This document shows, in pieces, positions 54,615 to 64,000 of a stretch of DNA of 64,000 nt. Under the pieces are notes generated by a model. It did no database searches and was not told where the DNA came from. It was given only the letters and a program-made list of their open reading frames with translations. Each line of letters opens with the position of its first letter. Position 1 is the first letter of the stretch. Source of the stretch: an uncultured virus (IMG/VR IMGVR_UViG_3300005678_000009) (lineage: Duplodnaviria > Heunggongvirae > Uroviricota > Caudoviricetes); IMG/VR virus record IMGVR_UViG_3300005678_000009, positions 1 to 64,000 of that record. One strand, given 5' to 3'. A program made the position numbers and the translations under genes.

Positions 54615-57395
54615 TTAATATATAAACCAATTACCAGCAACAGCTGCAACAGTGATAGATTCGTATTGAGTGGTAATCGCTTTTGGAGCCGCATCAATGT
54701 CAACACCATCTAATGTTTGACCAAATACAGATTTTAAGAAGAATGTGTTACCAGCGTCAATTTTCTTTAAATAAAAAATCTTACCCTCAGAAGATGTAGC
54801 GTCTGGAAGAGTGATTGTTACGTTTGAACCAGCATTCAAGACATTAACAATGTCGTTTGCATCTGTAATAGAAACTGATGAGCTAGTTGTTAAGACATTT
54901 GCAGCAGAAACACCAGCATTGGCATTGATTGTAATACTATCGGTGTCTTGAGAAATACTAACGTTTGTTCCAGCCTTGATTCTGCGGAATTGTAATTGCG
55001 TTCCAACTGTTTGTTTGAAAACATCAGCATCCTCAGCAGCACCTAAATTTACACCAGATGCAGAGCCTGAACCTGAACCACCACCATTAGCAGCAAATTT
55101 ACGGAATTCAAGTACATCATCAATCTCTAATTGAAATGTAAATTGCACTTCAGAAGATGGATCACCAGAAGTTCCAACTTCAGTATAATCTTTTCCAACA
55201 ACAAGTGTAATACCACCAAGAGAAATGATTAGATCAGATCTTCCAACGATATAAGTTTCTTGCACATCAGAAATTCGACTATTTAATGGAATAAGTACGT
55301 TTGTACCAGCGGTTACTGGACCTGTCATTTCATTATCGTCAGCTGGAGCACCAGAAACGATAGTGATAATTTCAGAATATGGATCAATATCTAAAGAATC
55401 TTGTACACTACCAACAGCTTCATCTAAACGCTTAATTGATTTTGTTAGATTTTCTTCATCAACAATAACACGATTAAATGAACCAATACCTTCTTGAGTT
55501 GTGTTAATTGAAAAACCAACACCCATATCCACATCAGCAGCATTTGTAGATACGCCAAGTTGTGAATTGTTAACAGCAACGGTACCGTTTAAGTTATCAG
55601 TGATGTCAAATTCAGAATACCCAGCTAAAACAGCCGCATATTTAGCAGCCACTTGTAGATTTGTATCTGTACTTAACAAAGCAACTTCAATTTCTTCCAA
55701 ACCACCTGGATATGGATTTCCACCAGCGCCGTCAATATTAGCCCATACATAAAACTTTCTAACATCTAAAGCAGAGTTAATTGTCCAGTATTGGCCAGAT
55801 GTTAAAGCAGAAGCTGCAGGGAACGTGACTGTTCTTTCTTCAGCCAATCCAGTTACCAAAGCATTGGTATAGTCAGGTTTACTAGAAACTTCAGTTGGAG
55901 CACCGATATATTCAAGTGTCTCTAATGAAGCTCCATCAGAAATTTCTCGGTCTTCACCTTGTTGTAACTCACCACCAGATGAACCGCGAATGTAAGCGCG
56001 AGCTGTTGAACCACCGTTATCATTACGCAATAAAATCCAATATGTATCTTCGTTAAAAGGCACATCTTTACGATCGGCGATTTGCAAATGACGATTTGTT
56101 GTTGGAACTGCTACAACTTGATAGAATCCATAAGCATATTTCGCTTGAACCCCACCGGAGCCGGTAGAAGTTTCAAGGAAGTTTTCGCTCAATGTAACTT
56201 GAGAGGCTGTATCAACTGACAATACTTTATAATATTTAGTATCGTCTTCAGATCCGACTTTGATAAAGTCTCCAGCTAAGATATCATTGGTCCAAGAAAC
56301 TGCACCAACAGATGTAACAACCGCAGAACCTTGTGTAAAAATCAAATTTGGAATGACGTCGACGCCACGAACAAGGTTTAGGTATGCTACTTCATTGTCG
56401 GCCAATGTTACATTGGTACCGGCTGCGTAGGCTTCTAATTTATAACTTAAACGTGAACCAATGTAGTCAAAGAAAATATCACTTGACCAATTGATTTGAC
56501 CAGCTGTTGCTAATGCATGTGTCCACTTACCACTTCCAGTCATTTGGAGTTGTGACAAGTCACCGCGCAATTTAATAATTGAACCACCAGAATTGTCTGA
56601 ATACCAATAAGTTGTACCCTTGATTTCAAGGATAGCGGACATTACTGCATCAGCCCATTCTTTAAATTGCTGAATCTGCTTATCTCCACCCTTAAAAGGC
56701 GATACAGCAGATGAAGATTTCCAGAAGTTTTCTGTTCTTCCTTCAGTGTCATGGTCCCATGGATATTTGTAGAAAGGGTTTGGTGTGTTTGGTCCACCAG
56801 TTCCAAGTCTGAATAACATTGGACGTCGATCTTCAACACTAAGAACATTATTTGAAGAGTCGGTCTCAACGATAGAGATTGGAAGTACGTTCGCAGCCCA
56901 GATAGAAGATGTAACTACGATACGATAGTTTAAGGTTTCAGCCAAAGGTACAGTTTTAGAGATTTCATTTTTGTTTGTTGGATTCCACAAGAATACTTGA
57001 GCTGAAGTTGAATTATCAACAGCTCGATTAAATTCGATACCGATATAATTCAATGCGCTTGGTGTGAATGAACCCTGAACATTTGGATTTGTAGTTGAGT
57101 TGATTGTTTGATTGGCCTCACCAGAAGGCACCATAAAGAAAGTTCCAGCTTGTGAAGACTTTCCATGCATAAGGGCGCTATTTTCAACGATCATTTGAAG
57201 GCTGGATGCAGAAGAGCCAATTGCACCGACCATATTTAGGGTAAAACCACGAATAATATAAGAAGCATCTTCACCGATAGCAAACGATGCTAAAAGTTCA
57301 TCAAAGTCATTACGTACAGCTGATTCAATCGAACGTAAATGAGGAACGTCCACACGTTGTTGATTAAGCCAGTTTTGCGATCTTCTAACTGCCAT
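54615..57395 (-). CDS. Large baseplate/tail structural protein
   Basis: 926 aa; N-terminal 'N....QRVD' pattern seen in baseplate-proximal proteins; beta-rich C-terminus. Confidence 0.65.
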   Translation of the reverse strand: MAVRRSQNWLNQQRVDVPHLRSIESAVRNDFDELLASFAIGEDASYIIRGFTLNMVGAIGSSASSLQMIVENSALMHGKSSQAGTFFMVPSGEANQTINSTTNPNVQGSFTPSALNYIGIEFNRAVDNSTSAQVFLWNPTNKNEISKTVPLAETLNYRIVVTSSIWAANVLPISIVETDSSNNVLSVEDRRPMLFRLGTGGPNTPNPFYKYPWDHDTEGRTENFWKSSSAVSPFKGGDKQIQQFKEWADAVMSAILEIKGTTYWYSDNSGGSIIKLRGDLSQLQMTGSGKWTHALATAGQINWSSDIFFDYIGSRLSYKLEAYAAGTNVTLADNEVAYLNLVRGVDVIPNLIFTQGSAVVTSVGAVSWTNDILAGDFIKVGSEDDTKYYKVLSVDTASQVTLSENFLETSTGSGGVQAKYAYGFYQVVAVPTTNRHLQIADRKDVPFNEDTYWILLRNDNGGSTARAYIRGSSGGELQQGEDREISDGASLETLEYIGAPTEVSSKPDYTNALVTGLAEERTVTFPAASALTSGQYWTINSALDVRKFYVWANIDGAGGNPYPGGLEEIEVALLSTDTNLQVAAKYAAVLAGYSEFDITDNLNGTVAVNNSQLGVSTNAADVDMGVGFSINTTQEGIGSFNRVIVDEENLTKSIKRLDEAVGSVQDSLDIDPYSEIITIVSGAPADDNEMTGPVTAGTNVLIPLNSRISDVQETYIVGRSDLIISLGGITLVVGKDYTEVGTSGDPSSEVQFTFQLEIDDVLEFRKFAANGGGSGSGSASGVNLGAAEDADVFKQTVGTQLQFRRIKAGTNVSISQDTDSITINANAGVSAANVLTTSSSVSITDANDIVNVLNAGSNVTITLPDATSSEGKIFYLKKIDAGNTFFLKSVFGQTLDGVDIDAAPKAITTQYESITVAAVAGNWFIY

Positions 57396-57463
57396 TTTTA
57401 TTTCCTTCGACTCACCGTTTTAAGTCCATTTAATTCGATTTGAGATAAATAAACATAGGGAGG

Positions 57464-57509
57464 ATACCTTAAAGATTGTCATTAAGTACTAGTTATACCT
57501 AAAGATTGT
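57464..57509 (-). promoter_or_regulatory. Tandem candidate late promoters (two CAATCTTTA copies 30 bp apart)
   Basis: + strand ATACCTTAAAGATTGT and ATACCTAAAGATTGT, upstream of the gene starting at 57395. Confidence 0.55.
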
Positions 57510-57517
57510 AGTTTTTC

Positions 57518-57546
57518 TTGTGTTTTCGAGTTTTTTATGTTAAGAT
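57518..57546 (+). promoter_or_regulatory. Sigma70-type promoter for the two antisense ORFs
   Basis: TTGTGT-17 bp-TAAGAT with TGn. Confidence 0.55.
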
Positions 57547-57585
57547 GAGATAAAAGTTTAAAAAACTTAATAAAATGAGGTATTT

Positions 57586-57813
57586 ATGACAGTTGGAGAG
57601 TTAAAAAAGAAATTAGCTGATGTTCCAGACAATACTGTAGTTATGTTGACAACAGCTTGGTATACAACAACCGTACCCGGATACGAAAAAATTGTTAGAC
57701 CACCAAGAAAAGCTAAAAAAAGACTCGTTAAGCCATACAACAGTAATTTTGTTGCTCAATCACGACCCAAAAAAGACCAGGAAGCAACTATCGCCTTCGT
57801 TATTGAGGATTAA
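57586..57813 (+). CDS. Hypothetical protein
   Basis: SD GAGGT; 'MTVGELKKKL..VPDN..V' is a common small-phage-protein start. Confidence 0.65.
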   Translation: MTVGELKKKLADVPDNTVVMLTTAWYTTTVPGYEKIVRPPRKAKKRLVKPYNSNFVAQSRPKKDQEATIAFVIED

Positions 57814-58131
57814 ATGAGCAAAATCATCATTGACCCAACTGATTATCTCGAAGAAGACGATGGATGGCTATTATTAGCCAGAAGAACTTTCAACGATCGA
57901 ACCTTATTGTGTTGGTACAACGGATTGACTGAAGAGTATAACATTGCCCTATTTCATCTATTAGAAAGACCAAACTTGTTAAGTCAAAGAGCTAAAGAAA
58001 GTCGATGGGGATGGATGACCCATTTTGTACAAAATCTAAATCAACTTGAGGCAACCGAAGTTGCCAATCTATATATGAAAGATTTAGAAAACGACAATAT
58101 TTGGTGGGAAAAAGGTCCGTCTACCCACTAA
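57814..58131 (+). CDS. Hypothetical protein
   Basis: SD GAGG; abuts the previous ORF. Confidence 0.6.
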   Translation: MSKIIIDPTDYLEEDDGWLLLARRTFNDRTLLCWYNGLTEEYNIALFHLLERPNLLSQRAKESRWGWMTHFVQNLNQLEATEVANLYMKDLENDNIWWEKGPSTH

Positions 58132-58549
58132 TATCTAGTGGATTGTATGGAATAATACCCTTAAATTGGAAAGATACAGAAACAACGCCTTTAGCAACAA
58201 TTGTTGTTGATTCGCTTGTGACTTTCATTTGTGGCAAGAAAAAAAGATCAGAGTCTGACTTCCTATCTTTCAATCTCAACGAAACATATGGAGCATGTAA
58301 GATTTCTGTGATTTTGGTTCTTAAATCATAAGCTTGAAGTCCACCAACCATTTTAATCTGCATACCCGTAACAGTTCCTTGAACTGTCACTCGACCTGGA
58401 GCAATTTCTTGGGCAAATTGAGAATCGATCCCAAAAATTTCTTGTTCACCATAATCAATTGCATATCGAATGCTTGTTACTTCAGCATACAATTTACCAC
58501 CGACATACATTTTTACTTCTGCACCTTTTAAAACTACTGATTGACTCAT
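58121..58549 (-). CDS. Tail tube-like / baseplate hub protein
   Basis: 'GAEVKMYVGG...EIFGID...EIAPG...VQGT' tube-fold pattern. Confidence 0.55.
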   Translation of the reverse strand: MSQSVVLKGAEVKMYVGGKLYAEVTSIRYAIDYGEQEIFGIDSQFAQEIAPGRVTVQGTVTGMQIKMVGGLQAYDLRTKITEILHAPYVSLRLKDRKSDSDLFFLPQMKVTSESTTIVAKGVVSVSFQFKGIIPYNPLDISG

Positions 58550-60165
58550 ACAGGATCACTACCCCAAATATCATATTTTTCTGAGTTGACCTCGTCACCC
58601 CATTTACCAAGACCGATGTCCTCAGGATATAAGATTGTAATAACAACATTAATCCCCGTTGCAGCGACCAAATTAATTAATTCTTCCGCATAAATACGCC
58701 CAGAAACGATATCTGTGATGTAAAAAGGAAAATCTGTACCATCTTTATCAGGCTCAAAAGCATAACCCTGTGACACAAGTGAAATATTTGTTCCAGACGG
58801 ATGAATGTTTTCAAATCTATACGATGGGTCAACAACAATAGTTCCAGCAGATGGTCTAGCGATATATGGAACCGGTCCTTCTTCATTGGATGTACCAAAA
58901 GCAAAGATCAACTCACCTGGTGTATCTGGAATATCAGAAGCATTATCAACTTGAATAATCATTGATGAATTTGAATTGATTTCTTGAAGGGTATTACACT
59001 CTTCTCCACCAATTAAATAACCCTTAGAGGTATCAAAGGCATAGGGACCTTCGTTACCCTCACCAGATGGACCTGAATCGTGCAAATGAGCTGAACCTGG
59101 TCTATCACGACGAACAACCTTAGTTGTGGCAGGAATAAAGATCTCAAGCAATCGAGATTCTGTTTGATAAAGAGTTGCGTAGTTCTTTTTGCTAACAATT
59201 GTACTTCGAACTGGATTGAAAAATAACATTCCCTCGATAGTACCCTGAAGTGTAGTTTGGGCCACGCCGTTTGGATTTTCAAATTCAAAATAAGCTTGGT
59301 TTACAAGACCACCTTGAACTTTTGTTACTGTAAATGTACCACGATTATTAATATTAAAAGCAGTACCATAAATATTGACATAGTCATTTTTCTTAACCTT
59401 ACCAATTGAAGGGTCTGGTCCACCGGTCCAAGTAGCTCTAACAGAACCACCAGCAATCAAAGAAAGTGTCCATTGTGTAGCAGGTTGTCCAGAAGTAGGT
59501 CTAATAGAATCAAATTTCAATTTATTTTGTGCCTTACCACCGGTTACACGAACTGAAGATGCAGGTCCATCAGTTTCAGAGATAATCTGAACATAACCAC
59601 CAACCCCATCGTCTTTTGCGACAGCAGCACCCGTTCTACCCAAACGTCTGATTTCTTTTGTAATTGCATCTGCCACTTCTTGAGCGGTTGCAGCTGCAAT
59701 GGAAGAAAATTGTGCAGTTTTAAAAGTAACTTCAACATCTTCTTGATCATCATACTGAATTGTTAAAGTGTCGCCGTCTTGTAAAGCATAAGGCTCTAGT
59801 GCAGCGGAAACGACAGTTGCGCGTGTAAACTCTTCACCGTAAATAATACGGAGGATATTCATCATTAAATCACGAACTTGTTTACGATTGGAAACTTCAA
59901 TACCAATTTCACGAAAAACTTCGTCTGAAAGACCAACGTTATCAGGGCGTGTGATATCCCTATCAGCCATACGCTGATCCAGATAACGACCTTGAGCCTT
60001 AACAATGTAAAGCTGGTCATTGACAGCTTCTACGTTATTAACTAAATGAGCGCCGCCTGTAGAAAGAGCATCCAAAACAGCATTTGTGTTTTTACCCTGT
60101 ATACTAGGATTAAGATATGCCCTTAATCTCGCTTTGGCTGCGGCTCTGTCATCAGCTTCACTCAT
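58546..60165 (-). CDS. Baseplate wedge protein (gpI/gp7-like)
   Basis: 'AQGRYLD.......I.RP...LSDEVFR' N-terminus; C-terminal 'AATGINV'; follows the J-like gene. Confidence 0.6.
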   Translation of the reverse strand: MSEADDRAAAKARLRAYLNPSIQGKNTNAVLDALSTGGAHLVNNVEAVNDQLYIVKAQGRYLDQRMADRDITRPDNVGLSDEVFREIGIEVSNRKQVRDLMMNILRIIYGEEFTRATVVSAALEPYALQDGDTLTIQYDDQEDVEVTFKTAQFSSIAAATAQEVADAITKEIRRLGRTGAAVAKDDGVGGYVQIISETDGPASSVRVTGGKAQNKLKFDSIRPTSGQPATQWTLSLIAGGSVRATWTGGPDPSIGKVKKNDYVNIYGTAFNINNRGTFTVTKVQGGLVNQAYFEFENPNGVAQTTLQGTIEGMLFFNPVRSTIVSKKNYATLYQTESRLLEIFIPATTKVVRRDRPGSAHLHDSGPSGEGNEGPYAFDTSKGYLIGGEECNTLQEINSNSSMIIQVDNASDIPDTPGELIFAFGTSNEEGPVPYIARPSAGTIVVDPSYRFENIHPSGTNISLVSQGYAFEPDKDGTDFPFYITDIVSGRIYAEELINLVAATGINVVITILYPEDIGLGKWGDEVNSEKYDIWGSDPV

Positions 60166-60168
60166 TGA

Positions 60169-63100
60169 TTACTCCACTTTACTTACTTGAATATCATTTA
60201 CGATATCAAGAACAAAAGGTTTCTCCGCTGGATTGACCACAATAATATCATTTAATGGGTCATAAGTAGGAGAACTAATAGAAATTGCAATAGTTCCAGG
60301 GATGCTGTTTACAGTTGAAATAATATCAGAAATAGCGATTGACTCACCGATTCCAGTTGAGTTGATCAATGCTGCAATGTTATTTCTAACTTGCTCTGTG
60401 ATACGACTAAAAGGTATACCTGTTTGTACACGCACGTTGATGGAAACAGTAATTCTTCGAACCAATGGTGGTTTGATAAAGATTTCAGCACCAGCAGCTG
60501 CAACACCAGGATAAGTTACATTATCTCGTGGGTCACCGTAGACAATCTTATTTGACTGAGCAATCAATCCAATGTGATGCTTGTAAGAGTCAAAACCAGA
60601 AATTGTAGTTTCAGAGAAACCCAACTTACCTTGAGAAGTCAACAATGTACTTGCAGCTTCATTGATTTTTACATACTCTTCGTTAGAATCAAATAATAAC
60701 AACACTCTGTTTGTGTTTGCCGGGTCAACGGCTTTACTAAATACTTTTTTGTATCCAGAATAAGGAATTCCCTCTTCAACATAGACTTGAACAAATAAGT
60801 TATTTAATTGAACAGAAGATTGAGCTGTTAAAATACCACTTACAATTGCTTTAGTTTTAGAAAGAACTTCAACAATATTGTGAGTTCCAAGATTACCTGC
60901 ATTTAATACATTACCAGAGATAACGAATGTGTCACCAGCTCTTGTGTTTTCATATGGACTGTAAACCATTGACGGAATATGAGCCTCTAATACATTACCA
61001 CCAATACCACTTACAGTGATGTTAGACTGAGCAACTGCTTTAGCATTTGCTACTTTAATATAATTAGAACCAACCTCAGTGATCATAAAATCACCCTGAT
61101 TGTTAGCAGCGAAAGCCGTTCCCACTGTTAAAATATCACCCATTTTAGCATTTGAAAGTGTTGGTGTGGTACCAGTACCATCATAAGTGATGACCATATC
61201 ACCACTTACTGTAACATCAAACTGTGTAGTGTTATCAAAACCTAATGATCTTAAATTAGAAGCAACTACAACTCGCTCTTCAACTGCAAATTCATTTTCA
61301 ATATAGATACTATTTTCATATCTACGAATAACTCTGAACATACCTTGATTTAGATTGCTAAATGGAGCACCAATTTCTAAAGTATCACCTTCTTTAATTT
61401 CTGTAGTGATTGTGATTGCGCCTGCAGCGATAGAAGTTGCGCCTGCACTCAATCCATCTGGATTATCAACTGCGATCGTTAAACCATCGTCAGAAACACC
61501 AACAACAACAAAATTACCGTTGTTTTCAGCATCTGCAAAGCCAGAGATTGTAGCGATATCACCAGGCTGAACTTCAGAGAAGTTTCTAGAGCCAGAAGTT
61601 CTAGTATATTCTGTATACTGTGTGTCAGAATTGAAAGTAACCGACATGTTTCCACCACCAGCATCGTTAAACTCTACTGATTTTTGGAATACTGGACTTC
61701 CACCAGTTACATTATCCCAAGAGATATTAACGAGAGAGCCGTGTTTTTCAACGTGGAAAGCGCGTGAGCGATCGCGGAACATATTTCTAGGCTGACCGAA
61801 ATAACGATCAGCAACCTCTCTGTTTGCAAGAGAAATAGAAGAAACGTTAGCTGTAGGGTCATTTGGCACAATAGTCACTTGAGTAGTGAAACTAATTCCT
61901 GTAGATTTTTGTTGTAAGTTAGAAGCTTGTACCTTTAACCATTGTCCAACAGCCAAACCTGCAGAAGCAGCTTTTGAAATACTAGATTGCATCAAATCTG
62001 TGTTTGGAATCAAACTAGATGTTCCAAGAACTTGGGCTTGAGATACATTACCACGTCCACCAGACATTTTAACAGAACCAGAAGAACCTAAAATTTGAGT
62101 TGCAAGTTGTAAAATCTCTCCTCTATCAACAACTGAAACCTCACCAAGAGTAGTGAAACCAGTCACAGCCAATACTGATAAGAATTCAGATAATTGCTCG
62201 ATAGTTGTAGGAATAAGTCTTAATTCTTCGCCATTGTTAAATGCATAAGCCGCGATAGAATTAGTGTCGTAACTTGGCAAGTCAAGTGTCTTTTTCAGAA
62301 CAAATTGAGGATTCGGAGCAGAATTTCCCAGTGTAGAAGATGAAATCCAATTCATACCATCTAGCATATAGATAGCATCTGCATCGGAAGCAAAATCATT
62401 GTCTTCCCAAGTTGAATGGTCGATGACACCAGCACCTGTGGTTCCATTGTCATTAACAATTTCAGCTGTAATCCAATTAATTAAGTTTGCGGTAACGTAA
62501 TCAACAACTTCTTGAGCTGTTGTATCATCGTTTTCATACATACTAATTGTGTTTGTAGTCAGAGTAGCAATGTTATTTTCCGCTAGAGCTGCACCATTTG
62601 GTCTACGAACTGTAAATGATGTAGAAGTAGCAAAAGATACTCTAAAAGTACCTTGATTTGCAGCACTAAACTCACCATTGCCATTAATAGTTACATAATG
62701 GCCAGGAGCAAGAGTTGGCATGGTTGGGTTTGTACCATTTCCATTCCAAGTATAAGAAACTTCATCCACACCTGCAACAGGAGTGTTAGGGGTAACCGTC
62801 ACATCCCATTCTGTAGTTCCATCGATCGTATTAACAACTGGAGCACCAGATTTTAAACCAATTTTAACATTGACATCTTCACCAACCAAAACGGAGTGTG
62901 AAATATCTTGATTTGCAGCTGTTGGATATACATATCCTACGCGATATTTTTCACCACCAACACCCCAGATAGCAGATCTATAAAGAATAGCATCTTCATC
63001 TGTCATAGACTGAGGGTCCAAAACATTTTTAGCTTTCATCATTGCTTTGTAATTTTTGAAGCTGAAAGATGAGCCAAAGAATTGTGAGAATTGGGTAGTA

Positions 63101-64000
63101 GCGCCTGCATCTACGTCATAAGCACGAAATTGATTCGCATTAATTGACATGGTTGAATTCGTTACAGCCTTGCGATATAAATTAATTGGGAAAGTCTTCT
63201 CAGAGGCATTGCCATCAAGAACCACGATCATGTTGTCGTCAAAGTCAAAATCAAGTGGACTTAAAACAACATAACGATCGTTTTGTCGAACACGACGGAT
63301 GGTTTTAGTTTCGTCGATATCGATGGTGATTCCTGTTAAAGCATCAATTTGTACTGTTTGATCAACACCCTGATTGTCTTTGATATAAGAACCAGAAGTT
63401 AAATAAGGATGTTTCATGCAAATCAACATATTAGGGTCAACACCCAATACTGCCAAATCAATTGCAGATTCAAGATCTGGAATCATTGAATTTGGTGGGT
63501 CAGCTTGTCTGTTACCAGAAAAATACGAATGAATGAACAATGGAAATCTAGTAGAATTTTGATCATTTTTAAAGAAACCAAAGTGTGAAAAACTAGATGT
63601 AGCGTAGTCACCCAATGTAAAATTTAAATTCTTAGCCGCATCATTAAAAGTAAATAGCAAGATACTACCGTCAGTATTTTTATTATTTGAAGTAATCTTG
63701 ATAATCTCGTCATTTTCCGTAGATGCCGTTGCACCAGGAATTTGAGATGTTAAATTAGCCGCAACTGTATTGATATTGTAAGAACCAGCTGCAATCTGTA
63801 CTTTTAATGGAGGAATTGCAGTTCTAAGAAATGCCAAACCTTCGAAAAATGTTACAGGAGCTTGTACTGAAGCACCAGCAAATTCTGTAGGGGTAACTTT
63901 TAATTCAAAGTAATCGTTAGTTAAAGATTGAGTTCCAACCGCATTAACACGACCTTCAAGTCTGTTGCCAGGCAATAGATCGTCAGACCAAACAACCACA
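60169..64000 (-). CDS. Very large baseplate J/gp6-like protein, 5' part outside the window
   Basis: C-terminal 'YPGVAAAG.EI....P....ITVSINVRV...VRNNIAALIN..GIGESI..SDII..V..IPG'; frame is open to the window end. Confidence 0.7.
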   Translation of the reverse strand, partial: VVVWSDDLLPGNRLEGRVNAVGTQSLTNDYFELKVTPTEFAGASVQAPVTFFEGLAFLRTAIPPLKVQIAAGSYNINTVAANLTSQIPGATASTENDEIIKITSNNKNTDGSILLFTFNDAAKNLNFTLGDYATSSFSHFGFFKNDQNSTRFPLFIHSYFSGNRQADPPNSMIPDLESAIDLAVLGVDPNMLICMKHPYLTSGSYIKDNQGVDQTVQIDALTGITIDIDETKTIRRVRQNDRYVVLSPLDFDFDDNMIVVLDGNASEKTFPINLYRKAVTNSTMSINANQFRAYDVDAGATTQFSQFFGSSFSFKNYKAMMKAKNVLDPQSMTDEDAILYRSAIWGVGGEKYRVGYVYPTAANQDISHSVLVGEDVNVKIGLKSGAPVVNTIDGTTEWDVTVTPNTPVAGVDEVSYTWNGNGTNPTMPTLAPGHYVTINGNGEFSAANQGTFRVSFATSTSFTVRRPNGAALAENNIATLTTNTISMYENDDTTAQEVVDYVTANLINWITAEIVNDNGTTGAGVIDHSTWEDNDFASDADAIYMLDGMNWISSSTLGNSAPNPQFVLKKTLDLPSYDTNSIAAYAFNNGEELRLIPTTIEQLSEFLSVLAVTGFTTLGEVSVVDRGEILQLATQILGSSGSVKMSGGRGNVSQAQVLGTSSLIPNTDLMQSSISKAASAGLAVGQWLKVQASNLQQKSTGISFTTQVTIVPNDPTANVSSISLANREVADRYFGQPRNMFRDRSRAFHVEKHGSLVNISWDNVTGGSPVFQKSVEFNDAGGGNMSVTFNSDTQYTEYTRTSGSRNFSEVQPGDIATISGFADAENNGNFVVVGVSDDGLTIAVDNPDGLSAGATSIAAGAITITTEIKEGDTLEIGAPFSNLNQGMFRVIRRYENSIYIENEFAVEERVVVASNLRSLGFDNTTQFDVTVSGDMVITYDGTGTTPTLSNAKMGDILTVGTAFAANNQGDFMITEVGSNYIKVANAKAVAQSNITVSGIGGNVLEAHIPSMVYSPYENTRAGDTFVISGNVLNAGNLGTHNIVEVLSKTKAIVSGILTAQSSVQLNNLFVQVYVEEGIPYSGYKKVFSKAVDPANTNRVLLLFDSNEEYVKINEAASTLLTSQGKLGFSETTISGFDSYKHHIGLIAQSNKIVYGDPRDNVTYPGVAAAGAEIFIKPPLVRRITVSINVRVQTGIPFSRITEQVRNNIAALINSTGIGESIAISDIISTVNSIPGTIAISISSPTYDPLNDIIVVNPAEKPFVLDIVNDIQVSKVE

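Noticed and set aside
105..62856. The many 60-130 aa ORFs nested in or antisense to long genes
   Set aside because: Shadow ORFs with no SD, promoter or recognisable motif.
1..64000. Stop-codon reassignment
   Set aside because: Conserved genes are full length under code 11, coding density is high, and TAA, TAG and TGA all end genes.
1..64000. Prophage or integrated element in a bacterial chromosome
   Set aside because: No integrase, att site, repressor or host housekeeping flanks; metabolic genes are embedded in phage-type operons.

Overview
This 64-kb window comes from a large, AT-rich, apparently lytic dsDNA tailed phage; the baseplate J/wedge and tube-like genes suggest a contractile tail. 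1-4.5 kb (+): end of a head module (virion protein, portal, low-complexity protein, HNH, head-morphogenesis protein). 4.53-4.72 kb: a palindrome/iteron-rich spacer with an IHF-consensus site. 4.7-45.4 kb (+): replication, recombination, nucleotide-metabolism and transcription genes (two SF2 helicases, sigma factor(s), GroES-like protein, dCMP deaminase, SbcD/SbcC, NrdB/NrdA, DnaQ-like exonuclease plus DnaE, SSB, RecA, Thg1, DnaB-like helicase, primase, two ClpP-fold proteases, subtilase, PLP aminotransferase, ThyX), with an M15 endolysin on the opposite strand. 45.5-64 kb (-): tail fibre, baseplate and tube genes punctuated by free-standing homing endonucleases. The most striking candidate novel system is a 'split-sigma' transcription programme. 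A sigma70-family factor stops right after region 4.1, and a second, very divergent sigma-like ORF may also lack region 4.2. A separate 70-aa ORF aligns gap-free to sigma70 region 4.2 but has an altered recognition helix. Three promoter classes are visible: canonical -35/-10, a -35-less TGTGG-TAWWAT motif, and a CAATCTTTA motif ahead of lysis and virion genes. Several regulatory genes appear to be leaderless. Other oddities are a signal-peptide-bearing ClpP-fold protease, a TAA1/alliinase-like aminotransferase, and a tail-fibre paralog with a clean 140-codon in-frame deletion. All calls are from motif recognition by eye; no searches were run.
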